This document shows positions 9,211-18,570 of a DNA stretch of 64,000 nucleotides, one piece after another. Source of the DNA: a virus (taxonomy: Duplodnaviria > Caudoviricetes); IMG/VR virus record IMGVR_UViG_3300011242_000002, positions 192,001-256,000 of that record; one strand, given 5' to 3'. The translations under genes were made by a program, and so were the position numbers. Under the pieces are notes generated by a model that searched no databases, was not told the origin of the DNA, and saw nothing but the letters and a program-made list of their open reading frames with translations. Each line of letters begins with the position of its first letter. Positions within the stretch are counted from its first letter, which is position 1.

Positions 9211-9244
9211 AGACCCGGTTCATCCCCCGGGTCTTTTTTTTTTT
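9211..9244 (+). terminator. Intrinsic terminator
   Basis: AGACCCGG...CCGGGTCT followed by a long T run. Confidence 0.8.
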
Positions 9245-9284
9245 GGTTAAATCTCTATGTAGAACCTGGAGAGAGGAATCGTCG

Positions 9285-9692
9285 ATGTGCGCAAAGAAAG
9301 TGGTGGCCACCATGTCCACCGACGGCTGGGTTGTTGCCGTAAAGCAGCGGGTCGATCGCCTGTTTGGCTATTGGCTGGCTAACCAGAAGTCCCAGTCGTA
9401 CCTGTGTCATGACAGCATTGCGTCGTTTCAGTACGACATTCAGCAGCATACCGATAACCCGGATGCGCTGGCGGCAACCGCTGGGCGTAATCTGGAAACC
9501 TATCTGGCCGGGCACTTTGATGCGGTAACGGTAACCACCAACATCAAGTATCCAGCCGGTAACCCCAACAGCAGCTTCTTCCAGCTGGAGTTTGACGTTA
9601 AGCTGCGCGAAGCCGATATCGGCTACGACGTCGGCAGAATCCTGGTTGAAGTGAAGAACGGTATTTTTAGAACTATTACGGAAGGACAATAA
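9285..9692 (+). CDS. Conserved protein, possibly a T4 gp25-like baseplate/sheath-initiator fold
   Basis: GAGGA RBS; size and alpha/beta pattern; preceded by the late-like ATCTCTATGT motif; fold is inference. Confidence 0.4.
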   Translation: MCAKKVVATMSTDGWVVAVKQRVDRLFGYWLANQKSQSYLCHDSIASFQYDIQQHTDNPDALAATAGRNLETYLAGHFDAVTVTTNIKYPAGNPNSSFFQLEFDVKLREADIGYDVGRILVEVKNGIFRTITEGQ

Positions 9693-9694
9693 GC

Positions 9695-10294
9695 ATGGTC
9701 GATGTTAATCAGATTCACCACGAAACGGGAAGCCGCGCCGAAGAGCGTATTGCCCGGGCGTTTCAGAACTACCCCAACCCGCAGATTCAAGAGCACGTGT
9801 TCACCACCACTTTCCTGCCCATGTTCGTTGGCGGGGGTCCGTTCATGAACGTTGATGCCTGGCGCGCCGTTGCTGGGTCGTTGAATAAAGAGGTGGACGT
9901 GTTCCGCGGGGACGAATACCTGTACACCATCCCACCGGTGCAGCTGGAGACCCGTTCGGTGATCTCCGAACGCGCAGCCGGACAGGGGATGAGCAGCACG
10001 CTCAACGGCGCCTTCATTAACATGGCCGATGATCCGAAAGACCCTAACCTGCTGATGCTGGTCAGCAGTCAGGTGGATCAGGCCGAAGACATGGTGGTTG
10101 ATACCTCGGAAGAGAACCTGGCACGCTGGAAGGCGATCTTTGAGCGTTACGGGATTGACTACCTGGCGGTGCGCGCTGAAGTGGGACGGATCAGGTTTGG
10201 GGTTGATGTAAAAGACAACATTAACGACTCATCTTCTAAGAAGAGTAAAATTGAGGAGATTGAGTTCGATGACAACGGAGACTTTGCGTACTAA
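9695..10294 (+). CDS. Probable Chimalliviridae core hypothetical protein
   Basis: 199 aa, coupled to sbcD; core codon bias. Confidence 0.65.
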   Translation: MVDVNQIHHETGSRAEERIARAFQNYPNPQIQEHVFTTTFLPMFVGGGPFMNVDAWRAVAGSLNKEVDVFRGDEYLYTIPPVQLETRSVISERAAGQGMSSTLNGAFINMADDPKDPNLLMLVSSQVDQAEDMVVDTSEENLARWKAIFERYGIDYLAVRAEVGRIRFGVDVKDNINDSSSKKSKIEEIEFDDNGDFAY

Positions 10295-11414
10295 AACGCC
10301 CAATCGAATTCGAATGATCCAAACCGGCGACGTGCATTTGTGTCATGGCCGCACCCCTACCTGGAACGTGATTCGTAGCCTGAACTACATGTTCTATGAA
10401 AACGAGTCGCTGAAAGACGTCGACATTGTCGTTTTAGCGGGTGACGTTTGGGATTCTTTGACGGCGATGTCGCACGCCGACGCGGAGTTGTCCCGTCAGT
10501 GGATTCGCCGTTTTGTCGAAGACTGTGCGGCTAACGACGTTATTCTGCGGGTCATGGAAGGCACCCCCGATCACGACCGTAAGCAGTCCAGGGAGTTTGT
10601 GCTTCATGAGACCAGCTGCGACATCAAGCACGTGACCGAGCTGTGCGTGGAGTTCATTGAACGTCTGGGGTTATGGTTTTTGTGGGTGCCTGACGAGATT
10701 CGTATCAACCACGAAGAAATCTGGAAGGCCACCTGTGAAGTGATGGCCGCAGCCGGTTTGGAGAAGGTACACTTTGCGATTATGCACGGGGCCTTTGATT
10801 TCCACTTCCCACCGGCGATGAACATCCCCGCACACGACACTTCGCGCTACAGCGGATTGGTGGAGTACGCGGTGTTGGTTAACCACATCCATAAAGCGGC
10901 GCATCGGGAAAAGGTTTGGGGTCCAGGTTCACCGGATCGCCTGGCGCACGGTGAAGAGGGAGAAAAGGGTTATCACCGCATCACCATCAACATCCCGCAA
11001 ACGAAGATGGAGCTGCAGTGGATTCGCAACCCTCACGCCTGGAGCTACCGCGCCATTAACGTGCGCGGCAAGACGCTGGATGAAATCATTCCTCTGGCTC
11101 GAGAGATTGCCACCCCATTACATAGTGGGGCCTGGGTGCGTTTGGACTTCGGTGATCCCACCATTATGTCCGGCGCCCTGGTAACTTTGCGTCAGGAGAT
11201 TCCCCACGTACAGTGGGAGATCAAAAACGAGAAGAAGAAAGGGGTGGTGGCCGATAAGACGGTGTACAAGCAGGAACGTTACACCGGCGTGCAGGTGACA
11301 CGCGATAACGCGCTCGGGGTCATTACCAGCTGGCTTCAGCAAAAGCAGTTGCTGCCTCCGGAGCAGCAGCCGATGCTGGGACGCCTGTTTGACACTGCTA
11401 ATCAGGAGCTGTAA
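10269..11414 (+). CDS. sbcD: SbcD/Mre11-like metallophosphoesterase nuclease
   Basis: GDVHL, AGDVWD, EGTPDHD, MHG and NHIH motifs. Confidence 0.85.
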   Translation: MTTETLRTKTPNRIRMIQTGDVHLCHGRTPTWNVIRSLNYMFYENESLKDVDIVVLAGDVWDSLTAMSHADAELSRQWIRRFVEDCAANDVILRVMEGTPDHDRKQSREFVLHETSCDIKHVTELCVEFIERLGLWFLWVPDEIRINHEEIWKATCEVMAAAGLEKVHFAIMHGAFDFHFPPAMNIPAHDTSRYSGLVEYAVLVNHIHKAAHREKVWGPGSPDRLAHGEEGEKGYHRITINIPQTKMELQWIRNPHAWSYRAINVRGKTLDEIIPLAREIATPLHSGAWVRLDFGDPTIMSGALVTLRQEIPHVQWEIKNEKKKGVVADKTVYKQERYTGVQVTRDNALGVITSWLQQKQLLPPEQQPMLGRLFDTANQEL

Positions 11415-11416
11415 CT

Positions 11417-12220
11417 ATGGACCAACGGACGATCGGGATGTTACCCATCTCGGTGGGGACGTCGCTCGCATTTGAAGCCTTGATTGCCAATCCCAAGCAC
11501 CAGATCGACAACCTGATGATCAACGTTGACACCGTCTTTCGTAATGCCTACCAGGCCTATGAAACCAAGGTGCGCGATCGCCTAACCGTGGATCAGCTGT
11601 ATCAGGATGTGATTCAGGACCTTGGCGGGATTTATGAAATCCTCGGTAAAATCGGACAAAACCGCACACCTAATATGGTAGCGTATTACTGCAGCTACGC
11701 CGGGTTAGCGAAACGTTTTCCGTTAGCCAAGCTGTGGCAGCCTGATACGGAGATCCAGCGGCGCTACGCAGCGTTGCAGGATAAGGTATTGAAGCGCTTA
11801 CTTAGCCAGCTGCGCGGTCACATCCGCCTACAGGACCACACCATCCCCAATGGTATACGCCACACCTATGTGCTGACCCACCACATGATCGACCTGCTGG
11901 TGCCGAAAGGTTACGGTGAGCTGACGCTGTTGGAGTCCCATACCGCGGCGTTAAAGCAGCCTAACCAGTGGAACAGCAAGCTGACCGGTGGTGCGAAAGC
12001 GCTGGAGCGGATTCCGTTTAACGCGCTGACGCTTCAGGTGTTTGGGGATAACTCCACCAACTTTAAGATGAACGCCTTTAAGTATAAGGTGGCGGTGCAC
12101 GAGTTAGCCGAAAAGTATAAATGGACGCCGTCCACCAACGTGGAGCGCGTTAAATTAGGGATTTCCAGCGTAACCGATTTGGATCTACGCGAAAGCCTTT
12201 CACAGATGCTCAACGCATAA
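11417..12220 (+). CDS. Conserved core protein (phiKZ gp66-like position), possible PIN/FEN-like fold
   Basis: Synteny; LMINVDTVFRNAY N-terminal strand-helix; function is inference. Confidence 0.5.
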   Translation: MDQRTIGMLPISVGTSLAFEALIANPKHQIDNLMINVDTVFRNAYQAYETKVRDRLTVDQLYQDVIQDLGGIYEILGKIGQNRTPNMVAYYCSYAGLAKRFPLAKLWQPDTEIQRRYAALQDKVLKRLLSQLRGHIRLQDHTIPNGIRHTYVLTHHMIDLLVPKGYGELTLLESHTAALKQPNQWNSKLTGGAKALERIPFNALTLQVFGDNSTNFKMNAFKYKVAVHELAEKYKWTPSTNVERVKLGISSVTDLDLRESLSQMLNA

Positions 12221-12245
12221 AAGAACCATTAACAGGAGTTTTACA

Positions 12246-12983
12246 ATGTCACGTCCACAGTTCACCCCACGCGAGAAGTCCTACCTTAACGACTGGAACA
12301 TGGGTCTGAAAGGTCCGGTGCAAAACGGTGCCCAGCACCCGTCTGAATTTAAAATGGTGATGGCCGGTAACCACGTGGCAATCCAGGTGGAATCCAAGCT
12401 CAAAGACGCCAAGAACTACGGTCGCTTTGAAGTAAAGGTCCCGCTGATGTCGGCGGTGGGTTTCCTGCGTGCTATCAAAACCATGCTGGATAACCCGTCC
12501 AAAACCAAGATGGCTTACGCCATGAAGGATTACATCTTCTTTGGTCCGGGCAAGAAATCCGATAACCCAATGGAGAAAGGTAAACTGACCATCGGTCGTG
12601 ACGGCGACGGTTGCCTGTATATGGGTCTGTCCGGTAAGGACATCACCCCGATCAAGTTCATCTTTGCGCTGTCCATGTACGACGAGCTGTTTGGTGAAGA
12701 CGGTCAGCGTGCGAGCCAGGCCGAAGAATCCAACTTTGCCGGCTGGGTGTTCTACGACACCTACATGGGGATGTTGCCGGTCATCGCCACTATGTACTAC
12801 AAAGAGCCTGAGCCGAAGAACCCGCAGGGTGGTAACGGCGGCGGCAATAACAGCTACGGCGGCGGTCAGCAGAACCGTGGCGGCGGTAACAGCTATGGTG
12901 GCGGCAATAACGGCGGTAACTACGGTGGCGGTAATTCAGGCGGTGGCTCTACCGGCGGATTCGATTCCGATATCCCGTTCTAA
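12246..12983 (+). CDS. chmC: ChmC-like nucleus-associated nucleic-acid-binding protein
   Basis: 245 aa just upstream of the gp68-like subunit; globular N-domain plus G/N/S/Y-rich disordered tail ending FDSDIPF. Confidence 0.7.
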   Translation: MSRPQFTPREKSYLNDWNMGLKGPVQNGAQHPSEFKMVMAGNHVAIQVESKLKDAKNYGRFEVKVPLMSAVGFLRAIKTMLDNPSKTKMAYAMKDYIFFGPGKKSDNPMEKGKLTIGRDGDGCLYMGLSGKDITPIKFIFALSMYDELFGEDGQRASQAEESNFAGWVFYDTYMGMLPVIATMYYKEPEPKNPQGGNGGGNNSYGGGQQNRGGGNSYGGGNNGGNYGGGNSGGGSTGGFDSDIPF

Positions 12984-13069
12984 GCAGTAAACAACCATAA
13001 ACGCAGTGGCATTTAACAGGAGGGTTGCTTTGGCAGCCTTCCTGTTATTCCGATCAGGAGAATAAAAAC

Positions 13070-13345
13070 ATGTTACCTCAGTTCCAGTGTATTAAGAAAG
13101 TGCGTGCGGGGAAGATCGTGGAGATTGCCCGCCCGGTCGAAACCACTACCGGGGAAGTTGACCTGAAGCTGGTAGTCGGTCAGAATACCCACCATACGGT
13201 GCGGGTAACCATGGGCTACATGAACCAGCACCGCCCGCACGTCGGCGGTTACTTCGTCGAATACGAAGGTGGTTACCAGTCGTTCTCGCCGGGTGACGTC
13301 TTTGAGAAAGGCTATGTTGAACTGCCTGCAGTAGTACCTTTCTAA
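13070..13345 (+). CDS. Small phage protein of the GY.V.Y..GY.SFSP..FE.GY family
   Basis: AGGAG RBS; HRPHVGGYFVEYEGGYQSFSPGDVFEKGY. Confidence 0.75.
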   Translation: MLPQFQCIKKVRAGKIVEIARPVETTTGEVDLKLVVGQNTHHTVRVTMGYMNQHRPHVGGYFVEYEGGYQSFSPGDVFEKGYVELPAVVPF

Positions 13346-13350
13346 ACCAT

Positions 13351-13380
13351 GGCCAGGGGTCACACCCTGGCCCTTATGCC
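13351..13380 (+). terminator. Hairpin terminator
   Basis: GGCCAGGG-GTCACA-CCCTGGCC-CTTATGCC. Confidence 0.65.
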
Positions 13381-13469
13381 CGTTCTGCCTAGGGCCCTGT
13401 GTTTTTCCTGACATATTCCGTACACTCTATAAGTGTCCGTATCAACGCAGTAATCAATGATTTTTAAAG

Positions 13470-13488
13470 CCTACATTACCTATATGTG
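13470..13488 (+). promoter_or_regulatory. Putative early promoter
   Basis: CCTACATTACCTATATGTG upstream of the gp68-like gene. Confidence 0.7.
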
Positions 13489-13512
13489 TAAGCAATCCTA
13501 AGGACCCGTAAG

Positions 13513-15054
13513 ATGAACTTAACCTACACCAGTAAACCTTCGACTGCCGATATCTATTTGGCAAACATTCTGGTTAACCATAATGACGAATCCATTACGT
13601 TTAATCAGGACGCGTTTTTCAAATCGGCGCAAAAGGACCATCAGGGGACGTTCGATGAACTCAACGGTTACATCGCCTCGTACCTGAGCCCGCAGCAGCA
13701 GACACAGCTGTTTAGCGTGTACAAGCGGATTCGCTATGTGTTGGATACGGAACAACCCACACCGAAGGTGTTGTTACCCTTACTGCAGCCGCTGGTGCAG
13801 GAGATGTACAGCCTGGTTAACTTAAATGACGTTAACCGTTACATGTATGAAAACAACCTGACCCGCGTGCCGGTAGCGATCCCGGACGTCCTGCCGCAAA
13901 CCAAGGAGTACTCGCACGCCACCACCTACGTGAAGGCCGACTACGTACGCCTGGTTAACCTGGTGGTATTGCTGCACCTGATGGCGCCGGTGATTGCGGA
14001 CTACGTCAATGCGGTTAGCGAAGTGACCGGGAAGCAGTTTAAGGAATCCGCCGCATTGGCACTGTTCCAGTACGCCAACATCATGCACGCTCCGGAAATG
14101 ATCAAGGTGAAGGACTACATCAAAGCCCACTGCGATAAGAAACCGGTGCCGTTGTCAGCCACCTTAGCCGGGCTGTCGGAAAAGAGCTTCCCGGACTGGA
14201 TGCTGGCCTCGGTCATTGCCCGTCGCCTGTGTATCAACCACGTCCGCCGGGGTGATGACAGCGGACACCTGGTGGCGCAGATCTACATGCACATCCAGTT
14301 CAACATCAAGCTGGACGGCAAGTTTGGTGGTGGGGTCATGGCCAAGTCCGGTCGTCACGTAGCCGGGGAGGACGAGCAGGAAAAACCTGTTATTGAAAGC
14401 TGGAAGACCAAGCAGGAGATTTATGAAACCGACATTCAGATCTGTGAGGACGGCTTTGCCGATGTCTACTTTGCCGCATCATTCTGCGCGCCTGACGTAC
14501 CCAAGGATAAGCTGGATCTCTGTCTACGGGCAATTCCCAACGACTGGAACTTTGAGCTTACACCCCACCAGACCATGCTTATGCAGTGGGTTGGTGCGAA
14601 ATTCATCCCACCTAACGCGGTACCGTATTTCGGGTATGCGGTAGATATGGCGCTGCTGGCGATTACCCAAGCTGCCCTGTGGCATCGAGGTTTCGTTCAG
14701 CTGGCGGCCATTGTGGGCACCTACCGTACCGAGCAGATCAGTGAAGAGCTGCCGGTGCCCCAGCTGGCGCTGACGCAAAACGTCAAAGCCGAGTTGGAAA
14801 AGATGTACAACATTCAGCTTGATAAACGCCAGGGTACCAATGACGGGCTGGTGCAGCGCACCTTAGACCTGTTTACCAATTCGGTCATGATTGGTACCTA
14901 TCGCGTGGTGGGGCCCGACCAGCTGTTAGCTGAGTCCCAGGTCGTGGATTACGATCGCTTCCTGGTGGTCCCTAATAACTTAAACTTCCTGCTGGCTGAC
15001 CTTATTCGTCACGTCGCCCTGGAAGGCCAAATTGCACCAACTAATAACCTGTAA
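13513..15054 (+). CDS. nvRNAP promoter-specificity (sigma-like) subunit, phiKZ gp68-like
   Basis: 513 aa helical protein in the gp68 position, between ChmC and the PicA/beta-C genes. Confidence 0.65.
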   Translation: MNLTYTSKPSTADIYLANILVNHNDESITFNQDAFFKSAQKDHQGTFDELNGYIASYLSPQQQTQLFSVYKRIRYVLDTEQPTPKVLLPLLQPLVQEMYSLVNLNDVNRYMYENNLTRVPVAIPDVLPQTKEYSHATTYVKADYVRLVNLVVLLHLMAPVIADYVNAVSEVTGKQFKESAALALFQYANIMHAPEMIKVKDYIKAHCDKKPVPLSATLAGLSEKSFPDWMLASVIARRLCINHVRRGDDSGHLVAQIYMHIQFNIKLDGKFGGGVMAKSGRHVAGEDEQEKPVIESWKTKQEIYETDIQICEDGFADVYFAASFCAPDVPKDKLDLCLRAIPNDWNFELTPHQTMLMQWVGAKFIPPNAVPYFGYAVDMALLAITQAALWHRGFVQLAAIVGTYRTEQISEELPVPQLALTQNVKAELEKMYNIQLDKRQGTNDGLVQRTLDLFTNSVMIGTYRVVGPDQLLAESQVVDYDRFLVVPNNLNFLLADLIRHVALEGQIAPTNNL

Positions 15055-15066
15055 GGAGAGAGTAAA

Positions 15067-16557
15067 ATGAGTTTCGGTAACATGCAAGGCGCGTTCGTGG
15101 AAAAAGGTATGTTCTGTCGCACCGCAACCTACAATCCACAGTACATCCGCCCTCTCCACGGTAACTTCGGCCAAAACGTGCCCATGCTCATGGAGGTCAC
15201 CGCCGGCGGTGATTTCAGCCGTGAGCGTTTAGCACCGATTGCGGCGACCTCGTTAACCTTAAGCACCCAGATTGAAAAGGAAGCGCCGATCTTAGGCGGT
15301 TGGAATCAGGAACGCTGCCTGTTTGCACTGAAGATCGTGCATCAGCAGAACCACGCCGGTACCATCCGTACCGTGCAATACCTGATGGGTTACACCGATT
15401 ACATGGGTATCGGCGGTAACTTCGGGATGGTCACCAACGGTCCGCTGCCAATTGATCCTAACATGCGCCTGTACTTCAACAGCAGCCTGATGTTCCAGGA
15501 GCTCACCACGGTCAACGGTCACGGTATCCAGGAAACCAACATCGTTCCCCTGGAGTCCAGCCAGCTGTTAACCGGCACCCAGGCCAGCCTGTACGGCCCG
15601 TCCACTTACACCATGCGCCCGGAAGACGTGTACAGCATGATGCACACCCAGGAAATGGTGCTGTCTGCGGATCGCTATAGCAACGCAAACGGTGGGCAGC
15701 GAATGACAGTGCAGGATGGTCGAATGATGTTCCAGGCCGGGCAGCCAATTAAGAAGTCAGCGCGCACCAACCTGATTCCCTCCCACTATCTGTCGAAACT
15801 GCTGACCAACACCAGCAACATCGTCAGCACCTACCAGCAGGAGCAGTCAACCAACCAGGAGATGGCTAACCGTATCTCCAGCTCGCTGACCGAAGGTTAC
15901 ACCAACAACGACCAAACGTTGTCGATGTTCCTGTCCCGTACCGGACTGATGGAAAACGGTTCTATCACCTACGGTGAACTGTGCCAGATCTTCCCGAACA
16001 CCGACAGCACCGTTGCCCGCGTGGGGATGGAATCGCAAAAGGTGCAGGGGGCGTTTGGTACCGACAGCGAATACATGCACGGTGCCAGCTGGGAGCTGAT
16101 CGTCGCACAGATGCTGCAGAACGTCACCACCGCCTTGGCGATGGAAGCATCACTTAGCCGCGTGGTGCTGCGTGGTGATAACTATACCGCCTACGACCCG
16201 CTGACCGGTTTGCCGGCGGGGCATTTCCGTATCGAAGCCCTGGGTGGTGAATCTTTCATTAACGGTAAGGATGTCATTTACGCCTGTGAGCAGATTAAGG
16301 CTCGCCTCATTACCGAGTTCCTGTCCGGCTTTATGGGACACCAGTACGTCGCCCTGGCCTTCACTATCGACATTAACATGTACGGTGAAAGCTCGGTGCA
16401 TATTGCCTACGGCGATTCTAAACAGATGACCCGTTACGTCACTCCGATGTTCAGTGACGCGTTGTTCTCGCCAGTGCTGACCGAAAATCGCGCTACACTG
16501 GCTGGCCTCTCTAAAGAAACCCGTAGCATGACCCACGGTCTGTTTAACGTCTTATAA
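15067..16557 (+). CDS. picA: PicA/Imp1-like nuclear import factor (phiKZ gp69-like)
   Basis: 496 aa directly after the gp68-like gene; TYNPQYIRP, QYLMGYTD and MRPEDV motifs recalled from this family. Confidence 0.65.
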   Translation: MSFGNMQGAFVEKGMFCRTATYNPQYIRPLHGNFGQNVPMLMEVTAGGDFSRERLAPIAATSLTLSTQIEKEAPILGGWNQERCLFALKIVHQQNHAGTIRTVQYLMGYTDYMGIGGNFGMVTNGPLPIDPNMRLYFNSSLMFQELTTVNGHGIQETNIVPLESSQLLTGTQASLYGPSTYTMRPEDVYSMMHTQEMVLSADRYSNANGGQRMTVQDGRMMFQAGQPIKKSARTNLIPSHYLSKLLTNTSNIVSTYQQEQSTNQEMANRISSSLTEGYTNNDQTLSMFLSRTGLMENGSITYGELCQIFPNTDSTVARVGMESQKVQGAFGTDSEYMHGASWELIVAQMLQNVTTALAMEASLSRVVLRGDNYTAYDPLTGLPAGHFRIEALGGESFINGKDVIYACEQIKARLITEFLSGFMGHQYVALAFTIDINMYGESSVHIAYGDSKQMTRYVTPMFSDALFSPVLTENRATLAGLSKETRSMTHGLFNVL

Positions 16558-16567
16558 GGAAAATCTC

Positions 16568-18082
16568 ATGGAACTGCTGCAACACTATAAAAGCTTTATC
16601 GAATCCGACACCCAGAACTTCGTGGACGAACGTGGTCATGTGATGCGTCACGCAGCCGATGGCCCGAAACCCATCATGAAAGACGGGAAGGAGGTGGTGC
16701 TGCCAACGCCGGAGTTCTTGAAGAACCCAGACTGGAACCGCTACATGCCTTTCCACCCAATGTGTGAATCCATCGCCCGTGGGGAATCGGAAATCCTGCA
16801 GCTGGCGCAGTCGCTGGTGCGCGTATCGTTGTGGGACAAGACCATCGATGTGGCCCAGGCGCTGCTGCGCGTGGCCTCGGACCCGAATCTGCAGACCAAG
16901 CTGACGCCGTCACAGCAAAAGCTGTTGCAGCCGATCTCCGATGCCGATGCGGTCACCCAGGAAAACTTCGGTAAGATCATCGCGCGCTCGCGTCATGACT
17001 ACAGCGACGGGATTGATCGTCGTATCATCGCGATCTTCTTAAAGCGTGGTGGTTCACAGGACGGTCAGCACTACTCGCGTATGTTCGTGGTGCGTTTCCC
17101 AATGTACAACGAGCTGTGCAAGGCGGAAGAGGCAAAGGATGCCAAAGAGCGTAAGGTCTTTGACGTGGCACTGCGGGTGAAGGACATTCAGGTGCTGAAG
17201 GCACTGCACGAGGTCATCTTCCCAGGCGATGAAGGTGCGTACACCATTGGGACCAACTCGAACCTGGCACCGTACTACACGGTCCTGCTGAACGGGTATG
17301 CGAACATGGCGCGTCAGCTGAACACCATCATCAAACCGCTCAGCAAAACCATCAAGGACCTGAAGCCGATTGACCTGAGCTGGGATGAAGGGGATTTGAC
17401 GATCTTCCGTAATGCATTGCCGCCGTTACCACACAACGAAGGCAGCGACCCAACGGCAGAACCGGCAGCACCAACCCCACCACAGCCGGTCATGGCCTCA
17501 CCAGCACCGGCACCGACCTACCCTTCTGCTCAACCGCAGCCGCAGCAGATGGCGCCAGCACCGTACGCTCAGCCACACGCTGCACCGACCCAGCCCGCCA
17601 CCCAGGCACCGACCATCGGTACGGCGGATCCGAAACACAGCGCTAACAAGGTTTCCTGGAACGAAGCCACCCGCAATAACCCACAGCAGCAAATGATGCC
17701 GTACGGGCCGCAGGGCATGCCAATGTACCCAGCGCAACCGGGCTACCCAATGCAGCAAGGCTATCCGGCACAACCACCGATGCCGGGCTACCCAATGCAG
17801 CCGCAAATGCCAATGATGCAGCCGCAGATGGGTTTCCAACCGATCATGGCCAACGGTCAGCCACAGCCACCGATGCCACCGGTAAGTCAGCCAGTGCAGC
17901 CGCAGGGTCAGATGCAGTACCTGCCGCAGCCGCAGATGCAGCAGGGCTACGGCATGCCAATGCAACAGCCGATGTATCCAATGCAGCAGATGCCGATGAT
18001 GCAACCGGGTATGCCAATGCAACAGGGTTACCCAATGCAGCCAGGCATGCAGCCAGGGATGCAGTTCAGCTTCGTGCGTTAA
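16568..18082 (+). CDS. Conserved protein (phiKZ gp70-like) with a ~200 aa P/Q/M/G/Y low-complexity C-terminus
   Basis: Synteny; FHPMCESIARGES motif; PMQQG(Y)-type repeats. Confidence 0.65.
   Translation: MELLQHYKSFIESDTQNFVDERGHVMRHAADGPKPIMKDGKEVVLPTPEFLKNPDWNRYMPFHPMCESIARGESEILQLAQSLVRVSLWDKTIDVAQALLRVASDPNLQTKLTPSQQKLLQPISDADAVTQENFGKIIARSRHDYSDGIDRRIIAIFLKRGGSQDGQHYSRMFVVRFPMYNELCKAEEAKDAKERKVFDVALRVKDIQVLKALHEVIFPGDEGAYTIGTNSNLAPYYTVLLNGYANMARQLNTIIKPLSKTIKDLKPIDLSWDEGDLTIFRNALPPLPHNEGSDPTAEPAAPTPPQPVMASPAPAPTYPSAQPQPQQMAPAPYAQPHAAPTQPATQAPTIGTADPKHSANKVSWNEATRNNPQQQMMPYGPQGMPMYPAQPGYPMQQGYPAQPPMPGYPMQPQMPMMQPQMGFQPIMANGQPQPPMPPVSQPVQPQGQMQYLPQPQMQQGYGMPMQQPMYPMQQMPMMQPGMPMQQGYPMQPGMQPGMQFSFVR
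17440..18065 (+). repeat. Coding low-complexity imperfect repeats (YPMQQG / PMMQPG / QPQ)
   Basis: Repeated CCAATGCAG and CAGCCG units. Confidence 0.85.
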
Positions 18083-18092
18083 GACGTAGCGC

Positions 18093-18149
18093 GGCATAAA
18101 GGTCAGAGGCGGTGTGGGGATGTCCCCACACCTGCCCTCTTCATTTTTT
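18093..18149. terminator. Probable bidirectional terminator between convergent genes
   Basis: GGCATAAA...GGTGTGGGGA-TG-TCCCCACACC. Confidence 0.7.
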
Positions 18150-18494
18150 GTTAGTGTAGTGCAGCGTGATCAACCCTTTTAAGACGTTATCTGTCTCATC
18201 AATGAGTAATAATCCATCGTGCAGGTAATCCCACTTCATTGGGTCAATGATGCCGTTCAACCGCATGGTTAGCCAGTGCAGGTGCAGCGGTACCGCGTAT
18301 TCCATTAACACCATCCGGAAATCACCCCGGTCGTTATCCTGATCCAGCAGGCTCGGTGCTTTCTCCGCCATGGTGCGAACAGCCCGCTCCCGAAGGATCG
18401 GTAAATGTTTCTCCAACTTGGAACGAAACTCAGGATCGCTAAACAGTTCGTTTTGAGAAAACCTGATTTTACTTCGTGCAGTGATTGTCATCAC
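18141..18494 (-). CDS. Hypothetical protein inserted in inverse orientation in the nvRNAP block
   Basis: 117 aa filling the gap; AT-richer than its neighbours. Confidence 0.6.
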   Translation of the reverse strand: MMTITARSKIRFSQNELFSDPEFRSKLEKHLPILRERAVRTMAEKAPSLLDQDNDRGDFRMVLMEYAVPLHLHWLTMRLNGIIDPMKWDYLHDGLLLIDETDNVLKGLITLHYTNKK

Positions 18495-18520
18495 AAGGCT
18501 CCATCTTAGAATAGCTTGAG

Positions 18521-18539
18521 TCTATATTATCTAAATGGA
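18521..18539 (+). promoter_or_regulatory. Putative early promoter
   Basis: TCTATATTATCTAAATGGA upstream of nvRNAP beta-C. Confidence 0.55.
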
Positions 18540-18570
18540 GTAACTAACTCGTTTGTAAGGATGAACCAGT

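Noticed and set aside
17700-18065. Repeat array considered as CRISPR or VNTR
   Set aside because: Imperfect codon-level repeats inside a CDS, with no repeat-spacer structure
17498-18097. His/Trp/Leu-rich 199-aa minus-strand ORF
   Set aside because: It is the reverse complement of the Q/P/M repeat region
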